The notes: generated by a model not told the origin, from the sequence alone. A stretch of DNA of 64,000 nucleotides from Octopus sinensis (GCF_006345805.1 NC_043011.1:33740464-33804463); one strand, 5' to 3'. Positions 26,793 through 40,894 are shown, counted from the first letter of the stretch. Program-made: numbers and translations.

Positions 26793-27470
26793 ATATATAG
26801 CTATGGTGATGCAGACAGGAAGAATAGAAGTCAAAATATGAATCACTCTGTTGCTTCTCTTAAATATCAATATATGTGTGTATGTGTGTGTGTATAAATA
26901 CAATAGGCTTCTTTCAGTTTCCATCTACAAATCCATGCACAAGGCTTTGGTCAACCCAGAGCTATAGTAGATAAAACTTGCCAAAGATGCCACACAGTGG
27001 GACTGAACCCCAAACCATGTAGTTGGGAAACAAACTTCTTACCATACAGCCACATGCATGAGTGTGTGTGTGTGTGCATGCATCTATGTTTGTTGTGTTT
27101 GTTATCAACCACTGCTTGACAGTTAGTGTTGGTTTCCTTCTGTCCCCGTAACTTAGTAGTTTGGCAAAAAAAACAAAACATCAATACAGTAAGAACTATG
27201 CTGGGGTCAATTTGTGTGGCTAAAGAAGAACAGTGTCTTGGAATGGTCATAGTCTAATGACTGAAACAAATAAATAGTTAAAAGGAAAAGATGGAAATAA
27301 GCTAACAGCAAAAAATAGCTGAGTTGTTAGAGCATTGCATATGAATGACTTGCGGTCCTCTGAGTTCAAATCATGCTGAGGTCAACTTTGCCTTCCACCT
27401 ACCTAGGTGTCAAAATGGTCAGACACTACAAAATGTGTTGAGTGCTCTTCTCTTTAATTTATTTACATCA

Positions 27471-27513
<43 letters not shown>

Positions 27514-27551
27514 GCTATATATATATATATATAATATATATATATATATAT

Positions 27552-27915
27552 ACTAGCACTATGACCCGGCTTTGCAGGGTCATAGTGCTAGTGCATGCAT
27601 ATACAGCTGTGTGTGTGCACACATACACGTGAGTACTGTACAAATCTCTGACCAATCACATACAGCTAGGTAGCATTTAATTGGCATATCAAGTTTCAGG
27701 CATTGTGATTGAGTTTTGGATAGAAAATTCACAAAAAAATCACTTCTATTGATTTTTTAATGGCTTTGCTGGGTGACTGGGGAAATGTAAAGATGTGCAC
27801 GACCACCCTTGGACGGTTTTGAATGACCATAGAAAGTGCAAGTCCTCTAACTAAAAAATTGTGGATTTGTATAAAGGACACACACACAGACAGACATTTT
27901 GCCGTTTTTTATATA
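27552..27915 (-). mobile_element. Non-autonomous Helitron-like element
   Basis: Minus strand starts ATATAAAAAACGGCAAAATGTCTGTCTGTG and ends GCAAAGCCGGGTCATAGTGCTAGT; perfect 16-bp hairpin at 27552-27592. Confidence 0.7.
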
Positions 27916-28219
27916 TATATATATGTGTGTGTGTGTGTATAGATATATATACATATATATATATATATTTATTTATGTGTGTGTGTGTGTGTGTGTGTGT
28001 GTGAGAGTGTGTGTGTGTGTATGTATGTATGTATGTATGTATGTATGTATATATATATATATATATGTATGTATGTGTGTGTCTGTGTGTGTATAGACAT
28101 ATAAATGTGTAAATGTACATGTGGATATATATATATTTATATATGTATATATAATTCTTTAAATTGTTTCTGCTTTAAAGCTGCAGTCATGCTGAGAAAC
28201 CATCATTAAAAAAATCATG

Positions 28220-28303
28220 TGCCCCAGTTGAGTATTGAACTCACAACCTTCAGATTTCAAGCTTGCTTATGAGACTGACATGCTGCCTATTGCGCTACCA
28301 GGC
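28220..28303 (-). tRNA. Elongator tRNA-Met(CAU) gene, probably a pseudogene, with a 12-nt insertion at the canonical 37/38 intron position
   Basis: Minus strand reads GCCT-GG TA GCGC AATAGGCA GCAT G TCAGT CT CAT A [AGCAAGCTTGAA] A TCTGA AGGTT GTGAG TTCAATA CTCAA CTGGGGC A, then CATGA and T7 (Pol III terminator). One acceptor-stem deletion and several CpG-type transitions. Confidence 0.75.
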
Positions 28304-29454
28304 CATTCATTATATAGGTATATATTATACATACATATGTGCGTAAGTATATATGTATATATATGTTTATATATGTGTGTGTTTATATATATATATATAT
28401 ATATATATATCTACACATTTTGCGTGTGTGTGTATGTATGTATATGATACACATACACTGTGTGTGTGTGCAGGTTCACTGAATGGTTAAGAACCATGAA
28501 GTTTCAGGTTCAATCTCACTATGTACCCATCCATATCGACTAATTGTAAACTGGGGTGGGCGGTGTTTCCTCATGGTCATTAGAGGATATCTCTGTAGCT
28601 AAGGTGATTTATATATATATACCACTTGACCATGGGGTTACTCCCCACCCCAGCTTGCAATTGGTCAATATGGACACGTAGGTCTACAACCAGCATGGAT
28701 AACATGGTGACAGCATGCTGAGGCTTTTATTCAGCAGTGGATCAAAAGTACTGAAACAGAATGTTTTAGACCTGTGAGTGTGTGTGTGTGTGTAAATAAA
28801 CATGTGTGTGAGTGTGTGTGTGTGTGTGTCTGCCTGAGCTTGTCATTACCATCTTAGTTTTAGTTTTAGACCTGTGAGTGTGTGTATGTGTATGTGTGTG
28901 TGGATGTGTGTACATAAACAGGTGTGTGTCTACATGCATGGGCATGTACATCTATATGGTTATGCATGTGTGTGTGTGTGTGTGTGTATCTAAGTGTGAG
29001 CATGTGCATATGTGAATGTGTGTGTATTTTTGTGTGTGCTCATGTGTATGTGTAAATGTATGTGCATGTGTTTGTGTGTATGTGTGTGTGTGTTTGTGAG
29101 TGTGTGTGTATGTGCAAGTGTATTTGTGAACGTATGTGTGTATATATGAGTGAGTGAGAGTATACAGTAACTAAAACTTCAAACATATGCATACAAATTC
29201 ATCGAATTATTTTTAAAATGTCAACACAAATTCTTCTATAAGCCACATTTATTTTGCCATAAAAATATAACTATAATTAACACATACCCACTGGCAGAGA
29301 GAAAGTGTGCTTATGTGCCTGTGTATATGCATGCCCAGATATAATAACCAACTTCAAACATTTGAATATATGAATTTATAATAATTCATAAAATATTTCT
29401 ATAAACAATACATTCTTCATACAACATTCAAATACTTCTTTGGAGATTTGTATA

Positions 29455-30070
29455 ATACGAGGGAGACCCAGGAAAACATGGGATGAAGAATCAAGGGCTA
29501 ATCTCAAAATGCTGAACCTTACGAAGGAGATGACAGAGGACCAAGGTAAGTGGTGCATTGCTGTACTCAAGATGAGCGATCTACCACAACAGAATTAATA
29601 TCTGAAAACCGAGGTGCCAAGTAAAATGCAATGGTGTTGCTGGTGCCATTGTAAAAAGCAAAGGTACTGGTGCCACAAAAAAAAAATGCACTGGTGATGA
29701 TGTCATGTAATAAGCATTGGCACTGGTACCTTGTAAAAAGCAATTATGCTGGTGCCACATGAAAATCACTGGTTCTGGTGCCACATAAAAAGCACTAGTG
29801 CTGGTGCCACATAGAAAACACTGGTGTTGATGTCACGTAAAAAGCTATGGTGTTGGTGCCATGTAAAAAGCACTGGTACGGGTTCTAAATAAACGGCACA
29901 GATGATGGTGCCATGTAAAAAGCACTGATACGGGTTCCACATAAACGGCACAGATGACGGTGCCATGGGAAAAGCACCCAGTACACTCTGTACAGTTATT
30001 GGCATTAAAATGGGCATCCAGTTGTAGAAACCAAGCCACAACAGACTACAGAAGCTGGTGCAGCACTTGG
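29455..30070 (+). mobile_element. RTE-clade LINE 3' fragment (older relative)
   Basis: RGRPRKTWDEESRANLKMLNLTKEMTEDQGKWCIAV followed by degenerate GGTGCCA...AAAAGCAC repeats. Confidence 0.7.
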
Positions 30071-30672
30071 TCTAGAAGGAAGAAGAAGATGTGGTATAAA
30101 ATGGTGGTGATAATGGTGGCATTGCCTCTGCTAATGATGGTAGTAATGGTGATGGTGGTGGGTTGTTGAGATGATGAGGATATTGATGATGATGATGGTG
30201 GTGGTGACAATGATGCTGCTGATTATAATGATGAGGAGAATAATGGTTTCAGTGAAGATGATGATGATGATAATGATGATGATGATGATGATGGTATTTC
30301 AATAAATAATTTGTGTCAATATTGTTTATTCTCCCATAAAATATATACTCATAGTAGCTGCAGTGATGGTGGTGGTGGTGGTGGTGGTGGTGGTAGTGGT
30401 GGCAGTGATGGTGGTGATGGTGGTAGTACTGGCTTTGATCCCTATGGTGATGATGGTGATGATAACAATGACAACGATGATGATGATCATGATGATGATA
30501 ACAATGATGACGATGATGATCATGATGATGATCCTGATGACGGCGTTGATGATGATGATGATAATGCCAACAATAATAATGATGATGATGCTTACAATAA
30601 TGATGGTGATGATGATTATGACAATGATGATTATAACAATGATGATGATGATGATGATGATGATAACAATGG

Positions 30673-30703
<31 letters not shown>

Positions 30704-31080
30704 GAATGTGATAATGATATTTCTCGTCTATGATAACCCTTGTCTATATGTTGTTTCCCCTCCATAAAGCATACACAACAAAGGGTCACACAGAAAGGTG
30801 AGGCCTTTATTTCCTTGCCGCAATACACCTTCAGCTAATGTATAATACACACTAATTGCACGCTGGTGCATGTAGTATATTGTGTGATACACGTTGTGAA
30901 AGTTAAAAGTTACTGGAGAGTTACGGGGCAGAGAGAGGTGAAGAGGGGCAAGCACAACAAAACAAAATTGTGGGTAAAAAAAAAAACATTTGTAATATAA
31001 TTACACACAGATGCATACACAGGTACACACGCACACACATGTACATACATATACATATACACATACAGCATACACACAAC

Positions 31081-31112
<32 letters not shown>

Positions 31113-31470
31113 CTCACACTTAGGAACACTTTCAATGCAAACCTATACATGTATATATACATGTATATAAACATACATGCTATACATATATATATGCATA
31201 TATATACATATACATATACGTATATATAAATACTCACGCCCATATATGCATACACACACGCATGTATGAATATATATATATGTATATCTATATTCATATA
31301 TGAGTGTGTGTATGCATATATAAGTATGTGTATATATATTTATATACATTATCCATGCTAGCATGGAAAGCAGACGTTAAACGATGATGATGATATATAT
31401 GTATATTATCTATCTGTCTATATATAATATATATATATATATATAATATATATATATATATATACATACA

Positions 31471-31503
<33 letters not shown>

Positions 31504-31594
31504 GTAAATGCATATGCGATATATATATAATATGTGTGTGTATACACACACACATATATATATATATGAAATATACATATATATAATATATATG

Positions 31595-31625
<31 letters not shown>

Positions 31626-31969
31626 ATATATATATATACATATTATATGAGATATATATATATATATAATATATATATATAAAATGTCCACATACACACA
31701 CCCGCATACAAACATACACATAAATACAACTATATTTTTCTAACCTAAGGATGAAATTCGAGATCAGTTGTGGTGGTGGTGATGATGATGATGGTGGTGG
31801 TGGTAATGATGATGGGAGGTGGGGTTATAAATTTATGTTCAGAAATTTGGAATAATGACATTGTTAAATTTTAGATCCAAAATTATGAACACACACATAT
31901 ACATATCTGTGTGTGTGTTTGTGTGTGTATAGATACACAAACAGATAGATAGAAGTGTGTGTGTGTATG

Positions 31970-32024
<55 letters not shown>

Positions 32025-32696
32025 TATACACACACACACACACACACACACTTATCAAACCATACACACACATGCAAACACACAAAGACATGCACACACA
32101 TAAACACACACACACACATGCACAGATATACATGCGTTATATCTGTGTAATATATATTTACATATATATTATATGTATATATAAATATGTATGACATATA
32201 TATTATGTATATTGTATAATGTGTGTGTGTGAGTGTGTGTGTGTGCGCGTGCATGTGTGAACATAAAAACACACACATACATATATGTATGCAGAAATTG
32301 TTATTTTCCTTGTGGTAGTTTAATTTATCAGATCAAAATGAACCGATAATATAAGATAAAGATGCCAAAACCTTCTCTGGAATGAAGCCAAGTGTAAAAG
32401 AATCTAAATTTAAATAACTATAATTCTTCTGTTCTCTCCAACCCTTCAAAATTTGTTCTTTCTTTTTTTCTTTTGTATCTATTTCCTCTTGCAAAAGTCT
32501 TCATCAAAAAGCATTACCATTTTATTTATGTATTTTAATTCTCACAAAAAACAAATAAAATGTATATTGCAGTACAGAATTTTTATATTTAATATTTTTA
32601 GCAAAAGGAATAAATTCATCCCAGGGCTTTGAACCATTTTCACATTCTTATATTTCATTTCTTGCCTACTTTATAAATATGTGTGTGTGTGTGTGG

Positions 32697-33075
32697 AGGT
32701 GCAATGGCTCAGTGGTTAGGGCAGTGGACTTGCGGTCATAGGATCGAGGTTTCGATTCCCAGACCGGGCGTTGTGAGTGTTTATTGAGCGAAAACACCCA
32801 AAGCTCCACGAGGCTCTAGCCGGGGTTGGTGGCGAACTCTGCTGTACTCTTTCACTACAACTTTCTCTCAATCTTTCTTCTTGTTTTTGTTGTACCTGTA
32901 TTTCAAAGGGCCAGCCTTGTAACATTCTGTGTCATGCTGAATCTTCCCAAGAGCTACATTAGGGGTATACATGTTTGTGGAGTGCTCAGCCACTTCCACG
33001 TTAATTTCACGAGCAGGCTGTTCTGTTGATTGGATTAACTGGAAACCTTGTTGTTGTAACCAATCAAGTGCTGAC
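32697..33075 (+). mobile_element. tRNA-derived SINE family 3
   Basis: A box TGGCTCAGTGG, B box GGTTTCGATTCCC; related copies at 51955-52250 and 43325-43620. Confidence 0.8.
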
Positions 33076-35613
33076 AAATAATAAAAGAAATATATATATA
33101 TATATATTCTTTTATTATTTTACTTGTTTCAGTCATTTGATTGTGGCCATGCTGGAGCACTGCCTTTAGTCAAATAAATCGACCCAGGACTTATTCTTTG
33201 TAAGCCTGGTACATATTCCATCAGTCTCTTTTGCCAACCCACTAAGTTATGGGGACACAAACACACTAACATCGGTTGTCAAGCAATGGTGGGGAGGACA
33301 AATACAGAAATAAAGACACACAAACATATACACACACATATATATACATATATACAACAGGCTTCTTTCAGGTTCCATCTACCAAATCTACTCTCAAGGC
33401 TTTGGTTGACCCAAGGCTATAGTAGAAGACACTTGTCCAAGGTGCCATGCAGTGGGACTAAACCCAGGACCACGTGGTTGGGAAACAAGCTTCTTACCAC
33501 ACAGTCATGCCTGTGCAGCTGATAACAGCACCGCCTGACTGGCACCCGTGTCAGTGGAACATTAAAAGCACCATCCAAGCATGATCATTGCCAGAGTCGC
33601 TGACTGGCTCCTGTGCTGGTGGCACATAAAAAGCACCATTCAAGCGTGATCGTTACCAGCGTCGCTTTACTGGCACTTGTGCCGATGGCACATGAAAAAC
33701 AACATTTGAGTGAGGTCATTGCCAGTGCAGCTGAACTGGATCCTGTGCAGGTGACACATAAAAAGTACCATTTGAGCATTGCTGTCACCAGTACCACCTG
33801 ACTGGCCCTTGTGCCAGTGGCATGTAAAAGCACCCACTACACTCTTGGAGTGGTTGATGTTAGGAAGGGCATCCAACTGTAGAAACTCTGTCAGGTTGAA
33901 AAGCAGGGGCGAATTATGCCTACCTATTCTACAAAAAGATAAAATATTTTGCATTTTATGCATAATAATCAGAGTAACCTTCATAATTCTATTGAATTAG
34001 GTGCATATTTTGCCATAAAAGGAAAATGTTACTATCAGTCTATTTTAGTCAAGGTAGGCACTGCCTACCTTGCCTACCCGGGCAGCACATCCCCGGTAGG
34101 TAGGTAGGTTGGTAGGTAGGTATGTATGTATGCATGTATGTATGTATGTATGAATGCATGTATCTAGCTATCTATGTATCTATGTATCAATTTATCTATC
34201 TATCTATCTATCTGTCTCTATCAGTATGTCTGTCTATCTGTCTGTCTGTCTATCTATCTACTTAAACCTGTGTGTACACACACACTCATGTATATACCGA
34301 TATAATTCTTATATAATCTAAAGCATTGTTACTCAGAGTTTCATAACCGGATATAGCCAAGCAATCAATAGACAAAACAGTAGCATGCTTTCTATGTGCA
34401 GGGCAATATGAATAAGATGTTATACATATTCACATGTGTATACATGGATGTGCACACTTGCATAAACGTGCACACATAAACACAATATGTAAGCACACAT
34501 ACATACATACAAACAAACACACACACATGCACTCACTTAGAAACAGAAAAGTATGCACACACACACATACGCACTAACATACACACAAATACATAAATGA
34601 AAGCACACGGCTGCTCTCTGAATAACTATGGCACAAAGCCAGAACTTTAGCCGTATGCATACTTAAAGATACATGCATAGCCATATAAAAGCAAAAATGC
34701 AAACACACACACACACACACAAATATGCATATACCCACTCATACACACTTGATTGCTCTCTGATAATTACGGCACAAGGTCGGATCTTTAATTGCAGTAA
34801 ACTAACTAAATATTCCTTCTGATCAATATACAAGAAGAAAATAATTAACGTAGAGTTTATAAGGGAACACCACCACCCCAGTCCGAGAATCAATTGAACT
34901 AATTATGTCAGGCTGTCAGTCCAGTCCAGTCTGGTCAAGTCCTGTCTAGTCCAGTCTAGTCTAGTTTAATGCTGGTCAGTCCAGGGTGTAATTCACATGC
35001 TTCAGTGAGCAGCTGTTTAGAGCAGAAAAATCTAGGAAACATCAACTGAACAAAACCAGATGACTAGCATTAAGGACAAGAACACTGGTGTAGTCACTAC
35101 CACCACCACCACTACCATCACCACAATCGCCATCATCATCATCACCACCACCACCACAACAACAACAACAACAACTACCACCACCACATCTTCCTCCTCC
35201 TCTTCCTCCTACATGGCTTCATAGAAACACTAAATTGCACTCAGTGCTTGACTGATTCTTTATTTTATCCACCCCTTTCGATACCCAAGTCCTTAATTTC
35301 ATTTTGATTGCTTCGTAACAAGTGAAGCACTCTTTCTTCACTTCACCCCATTTCACTACCACCACCAAAACCACCACCACCACACTATGTCCAACCCTAC
35401 CCAGGCCCACTAACTACTCAACCTGCTTCTCCCTTCCCAGAATGGAACTACCCCCCCCCCATTGAACTACCACCACCCCATTGAAAATTCACCCCAACCC
35501 CCCTGTAGCTGTTGACTTGCAACACTTGGAATGGCAGTGGAATGACAAAATCATCAACTTCACTGGTTCCAGGAGGCTTGTGAAGAAGGCCAAGAACACA
35601 CTTTCATCTCCAA

Positions 35614-35823
35614 AGATGTCACATCTGTACTTGCAGATGTCACATCTGTATGTGCAGATGTCACATATGTACTTGCAGATGTCACATCTGTACTTGCAGA
35701 TGTCACATCTGTACTTGCAGATGTCACATCTGTACTTGCAGATGTCACATCTGTACTTGCAGATGTCACATCTGTACTTGCAGATGTCACATCTGTACTT
35801 GCAGATGTCACATCTGTACTTGC
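35614..35823. repeat. Minisatellite, 10 x 21 bp (AGATGTCACATCTGTACTTGC)
   Basis: Exact 21-bp period; units 2 and 3 carry small variants. Confidence 0.97.
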
Positions 35824-36689
35824 TTCCTACATATACTGTATTGGGAAAGAAAAAGGTCAATAAATACTTGCCATTACCAACTTCCCAGCTCCTATCAAAC
35901 TGTCAAACCTTTGAACCCATGACAACTTGGAAAATGGACATTAAACGATGATCATGATCATGATGATGATTCATATTATGCAGGATGTTAACTATGGCTG
36001 TTCATCATCATCATCATCATCATCCTCATTTAACGTCCGCTTTCCATGCTAGCATGGGTTGGACGGTTCAACTGGAGTCTGGGGAGCCCGAAGGCTGCAC
36101 CAGGCCAGTCAGATCTGGCAGTGTTTCTACAGCTGGATGCCCTTCCTAACGCCAACCACTCCGAGAGTGTAGTGGGTGATTTTATGTGCCACCGACACAA
36201 GTGCCAGACGAGGCTGGCGAACGGCCACGCTCGGATGTGTGTTTTTTTTTTATGTGCCACCGACACAGGTGCCAGACGAGGCTGGCAGACGGCACGCTCG
36301 GATGTGTTTTTATGTGCCACCGACACAAGTGCCAGATGAGGCTGGCGAACGACCACGATCGGATGGTGTTTGTTACGTGCCCACAGCACGGAGGCCAGTC
36401 GATGCGGTACTGGCTACGGGCCACGTTCGGATGATGGTTTCTTGTGTGCCACCGCACTTGGTTACCACGTTATGTGATATATCACAGGTATTGTGATATA
36501 TTCATGCAAATGGAACTTCTTGGTTGAGGACAGCCAGTTCTTGCTTCCCAGAATGTTGGGTTTTTGGAATTCCTTCCTAACATGTTTCTTTTCCTTTTTC
36601 CTGCAGAAATGTTAAGTCATCAGTCTCACCAGACATAAGGGTCCATGGAGGAATGTGCAGCCCTTTCCTCCAGACAAAACTCCAAACTC

Positions 36690-37955
36690 ACTCTCAAACA
36701 CCTTTTTCTCTCTCTCTCTCTCTCTCTCTCTGGCCATTCCCCTTCTTTCTCTCTTTCAACATCTTTCCATACTCTCCTCTTCTCCCTCCATCCCTGCCTT
36801 TCCTGTCCTTTCTCTGCTCTCTCTCTCCTTTCACTCTCACCCTCTCCTCACTTTCTTCCTTCTCTTCTCTCACCCTCATTTTTTATTCACTCACCTTCTC
36901 CCTCACTCCCTTTTCCCCATTCCCCTCTCCTCCTCCCTCTCCCCTCCCTCCCTCTTCACCTTTCCATCCCTTCCTCTCTCTCCTTCTTCCTCAATTTTTC
37001 ACTCAATCTCCTTCTCCCTCCTCTCTTCCTTTTCTCTCCCTCTCTCTTTCCACATCTCTCCCCAGTTTTTTCTCTCCCCACCTCCTCTTCTCTCATCATC
37101 CTCTCCTTTCTATTCCTCTCTACACCCCTTCTCTTCCTCACTCCCTCAATTTTCTCTCTTCCCTTCTCCCTCCCTCCTTTCCTCACTCTCTTCTGCCTCC
37201 TCAATTCCATCTCTCTCTTTTGCTCCACATCTCTCCATACTCTCTTCCTCCTTTTATCTTCATTTCTTTCTTTAATCTCCATCTCCCCTTACTCTTTTCC
37301 TCCTTTGCTCTCCATCTCTCCTTACCATCTTCCTCGTTTGCTCTCCATCCTTCCTTACTCTCCTTGCTCTTCCTATTTTGCTCACCATATCTCCTTACTC
37401 TCCTCATCCCTGCTCTCCATCTCTCCTTACTTTCTTCCTTTGATCTCCATCTCCCGTTACTCTCTTACTCCTTTGCTCTCTATCCTTACTCTCTTCCTCT
37501 GCTCTTCACCTCTCCTTACCATCTTCCTCTATTGCTCTCCATCTATCCTTACACTTCCTCTTTTGCTCTCCATCGCTCCTTACTCTTTACATCCTTTCTT
37601 CTCCATCTTTCCTTACTCTCTTCCTTTCATCTCCATCTCCCCTTACTCTCTTTCTCCTTTTCCCGCCATCTCTCCTAGCTCTCTTCATTCTTTGCTCTCC
37701 ATCGCTCCTTACTCTCTTACTCCTTTGCTCTCTATCCTTACTCTCTTCCTCCTTTGCTCTCCATCTCTCTTTACTCTCTTCCTCCTTTGCCCGCCATCTC
37801 TCCTAACTCTCTTTGCCTGCCATCTCTCCTAACTCTTCCTCCTTTACTCTCCATCTCCCCTTACACTCTTCCTACTTTGCTCTCCATCTCTCCTTACTGT
37901 CATCCTCATCTGCTCTCCATCTCTTCTTACTCTCTTCTTCCCCTCCCTCACTACT
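36690..37955. repeat. ~1.3-kb pyrimidine-rich low-complexity tract with a degenerate CTTTGCTCTCCATCTCTCCTTACTCT unit
   Basis: Strongly C/T-rich on the plus strand; produces spurious long ORFs. Confidence 0.92.
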
Positions 37956-38963
37956 CAGTACAGATTGAAACCCGGGAGAAGCTTCCACACAATCTTCCAC
38001 CTCTGATTAAACCATCAAAAGAAAAAAAAACATAAAACAACAGAAAAGACCCCCTGAAAAAAACAACAAAAACTAAAAACCAAACATGAGCTCTATTCTG
38101 TGTGCCATATATAAATGGAAAAGTTCAAAACGTGATATTTTAAAACAACAGCCACATATGTAGTGGCATGTTCTTCAGTCATCATATGAGAGCCCTCTTC
38201 ATGACAAACATAGAAATGACAGGAAGATACTTGCATACACATACATGCATATATGCACACAAACATTCACACACACACATGTACATGCATACGTGAAGAA
38301 ATGCACATGCAAACACACACACATACATGTAGAAACATACACACATATATATAGAAACACACATGCACATATGTGCAGAAACATACACAAACACACACAC
38401 ACATATGCAAACACAAACACACACACATAGATATAGAAACACACAAACACACACATATGTGTCGAAACATAAACACACAAATACATGTAGAAACATAAAC
38501 ACATACATGTGTAGAAACACACACACACACACACAGAACCACACATACATCTAGACACACTCAGACACAAACACATACATGTAGAAACACACATGCAATT
38601 GCGCACATACATGTGGAAACACACAGACACACGCACACACACACACACAATTACATATGTACATACAAGCACATACTTATGCACACAGAAATGTACAAGC
38701 ACATACATTACACACATATATGCACATACACATACACACACAAATACACAAATACATTCACACAGATGTAGAAACATACACACAAACACCCACGTATGTA
38801 GAAACACACACACTCATATGCACACAAATACAATGACATGCACCAAAGCAATTCCGGAGAACATCCATAACGGTTGGATTGACATCATTGCTTCAAGGAA
38901 ACCGAAAATGTCATCAAAAAATATACAAAAATAAATAGTAATTACGTCAATGATACGTAATAC

Positions 38964-39870
38964 TGGTTTCAAATTTTGCCACAAGGCCAGCAATTTTGGG
39001 GGAGGGGTAAGTTGATTGCACCAACCCCAGTGTTCAACTGGTACTTAATTTATCAACCCCAAAAGGATGAAAGACAAAGTGGACCTTGGCAGGATTTGAA
39101 CTCAGAACATAAAGACAGACAAAATGCAGTGAGCATTTTGCCTGGCACAGGTAACAATTCTTGCTGCCTTATAAGATGGTAACATTGGTTTCAAATTTTG
39201 CCACAAGGCCAGCAATTATGGGGGAGGGGTAAGTTGATTGCACCAACCCCAGTGTTCAACTGGTACTTAATTTATCAACCCCAAAAGGATGAAAGACAAA
39301 GTCGACCTTGGCAGGATTTGAACTCAGAACATGAAGACAGACAAAATGCAGTGAGCATTTTGCCTGGCAATGTAACAATTCTTGCTGCCTTATAAGATGG
39401 TAACATTGGTTTCAAATTTTGCCACAAGGCCAGCAATTATGGGGGAGGGGTAAGTTGATTGCACCAACCCCAGTGTTCAATTGGTACTTAATTTATCAAC
39501 CCCAAAAGGATGTAAGACAAAGTCGACCTTGACATGATTTGAACTCAGAACATAAAGACAGACAAAATGCAGTGAGCATTTCGCCTGGCAATGTAACAAT
39601 TCTTGCTGCCTTATAAGATGGTAACATTGGTTTCAAATTTTGCCACAAGGCCAGCAATTATGGGGGAGGGGTAAGTTGATTGCACCAACCCCAGTGTTCA
39701 ATTGGTACTTAATTTATCAACCCCAAAAGGATGTAAGACAAAGTCGACCTTGACATGATTTGAACTCAGAACATAAAGACAGACAAAATGCAGTGAACAT
39801 TTTGCCTGGCACAGGTAACAATTCTTGCTGCCTTATAAGATGGTAACATTGGTTTCAAATTTCGGCACAA
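38964..39870 (-). repeat. Tandem array of four 221-222-bp MetaSINE-like units plus a partial fifth
   Basis: Units start at 38964, 39186, 39407, 39628 and 39850; each has a tRNA-like B box (GAGTTCAAATCC) and a core GTCTT(T/A)CATCCTTTTGGGGTTGATAAATTAAGTACC on the minus strand. Confidence 0.9.
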
Positions 39871-39908
39871 GGCCAGCAGTTTTTTAGAGGTGGGGTGGGG
39901 GTCTAAGG

Positions 39909-40183
39909 CAATGGTTCCTAAACATGTTCGGGCTGCTGCCCCCCTGACACCAAGGCCACATTTCTAGCACTCCCACCCCAACTAACCATCACAAGCCTAG
40001 ACCTCTTTCTGAAGCAAATTGAAAGCAACTGAATTTCACAAATAAAACTTAACCTAATGAACCCATTATTTTGTTGTTTTTACATGAATTGCTACCCCAT
40101 TATTGTCCCATGTTTCTTCAATGTCCCCTTGGAACTTTTCACCACCCCCAGTGCAACAATACCACCCACTTTGGGAACCACTA
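39909..40183. mobile_element. hAT-type MITE nested in a SINE copy
   Basis: TIR CAATGGTTCCTAAA / TTTGGGAACCACTA; TSD GTCTAAGG / GTCTGAGG; the SINE sequence resumes after it. Confidence 0.75.
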
Positions 40184-40894
40184 GTCTGAGGCAATTACAT
40201 TGACCTCCAAGCTCAACTGGTACTTACTTTGTTGATCCCACAAAGGATGAAAGGCTAAGTCAACCTTGGCACAATTTGAACTCAGAATGTAAAAACGGAT
40301 GAAATGCCGTTAAGCATTTTGCCTGGCATGCTAACAATTCTGCCAGCTTGCTGCCTTATAAGATGGTAATATAAATAATCCTTCCAACTGCGGGTACAAG
40401 CTTGAAATTTGTAATGGGGAACTAGTTGATTACATCGCCTGCCCCGCAGTTCTCAACTGGAACTCATTTTATCGACCCCAGAAGGATGAAAGGTTAAGTC
40501 GACCTCAGTGGAATTTGAACTCAGAACATAAAGGCAGACGAGATGCTACAGAGCATTTTGTCCAGTGTTGCTAATGCTTCTTCTGACAGATTACCATCTT
40601 CCTGCACAAGGCAGGAAAGTTTGTGGGGAGGGAGAAGTTGATATCATCTGCCAGCTCTCCACCTTTCTGCTATAGGCACAAAATCCTGAAATTTTAGAGG
40701 GAAAAGTGGCAGTCGATTAGATCGACCCCATTACACAACTGGTACTTAATTTATCGACCCCCCCCCCCCAAAAGGATGAAACACAAAGTCACCCTCAGCA
40801 GAATTTGAACTCAGGACATAGCGACAGGTGAAATACCACTAAACATTTCACCTGCCGTGCTAACAATTCTGCCAGCTCACTGCCCTTCTCCACC

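Noticed and set aside
35481-35951. CRISPR-like array or repeat-protein ORF (QMSHLYL)n
   Set aside because: Head-to-tail 21-mers with no spacers, in a eukaryotic intron; the ORFs follow from the period being a multiple of 3.
36645-37832. 395-aa and 341-aa ORFs
   Set aside because: Translations of the C/T low-complexity tract (Leu/Ser/Pro/Phe only); no domain or splice logic.
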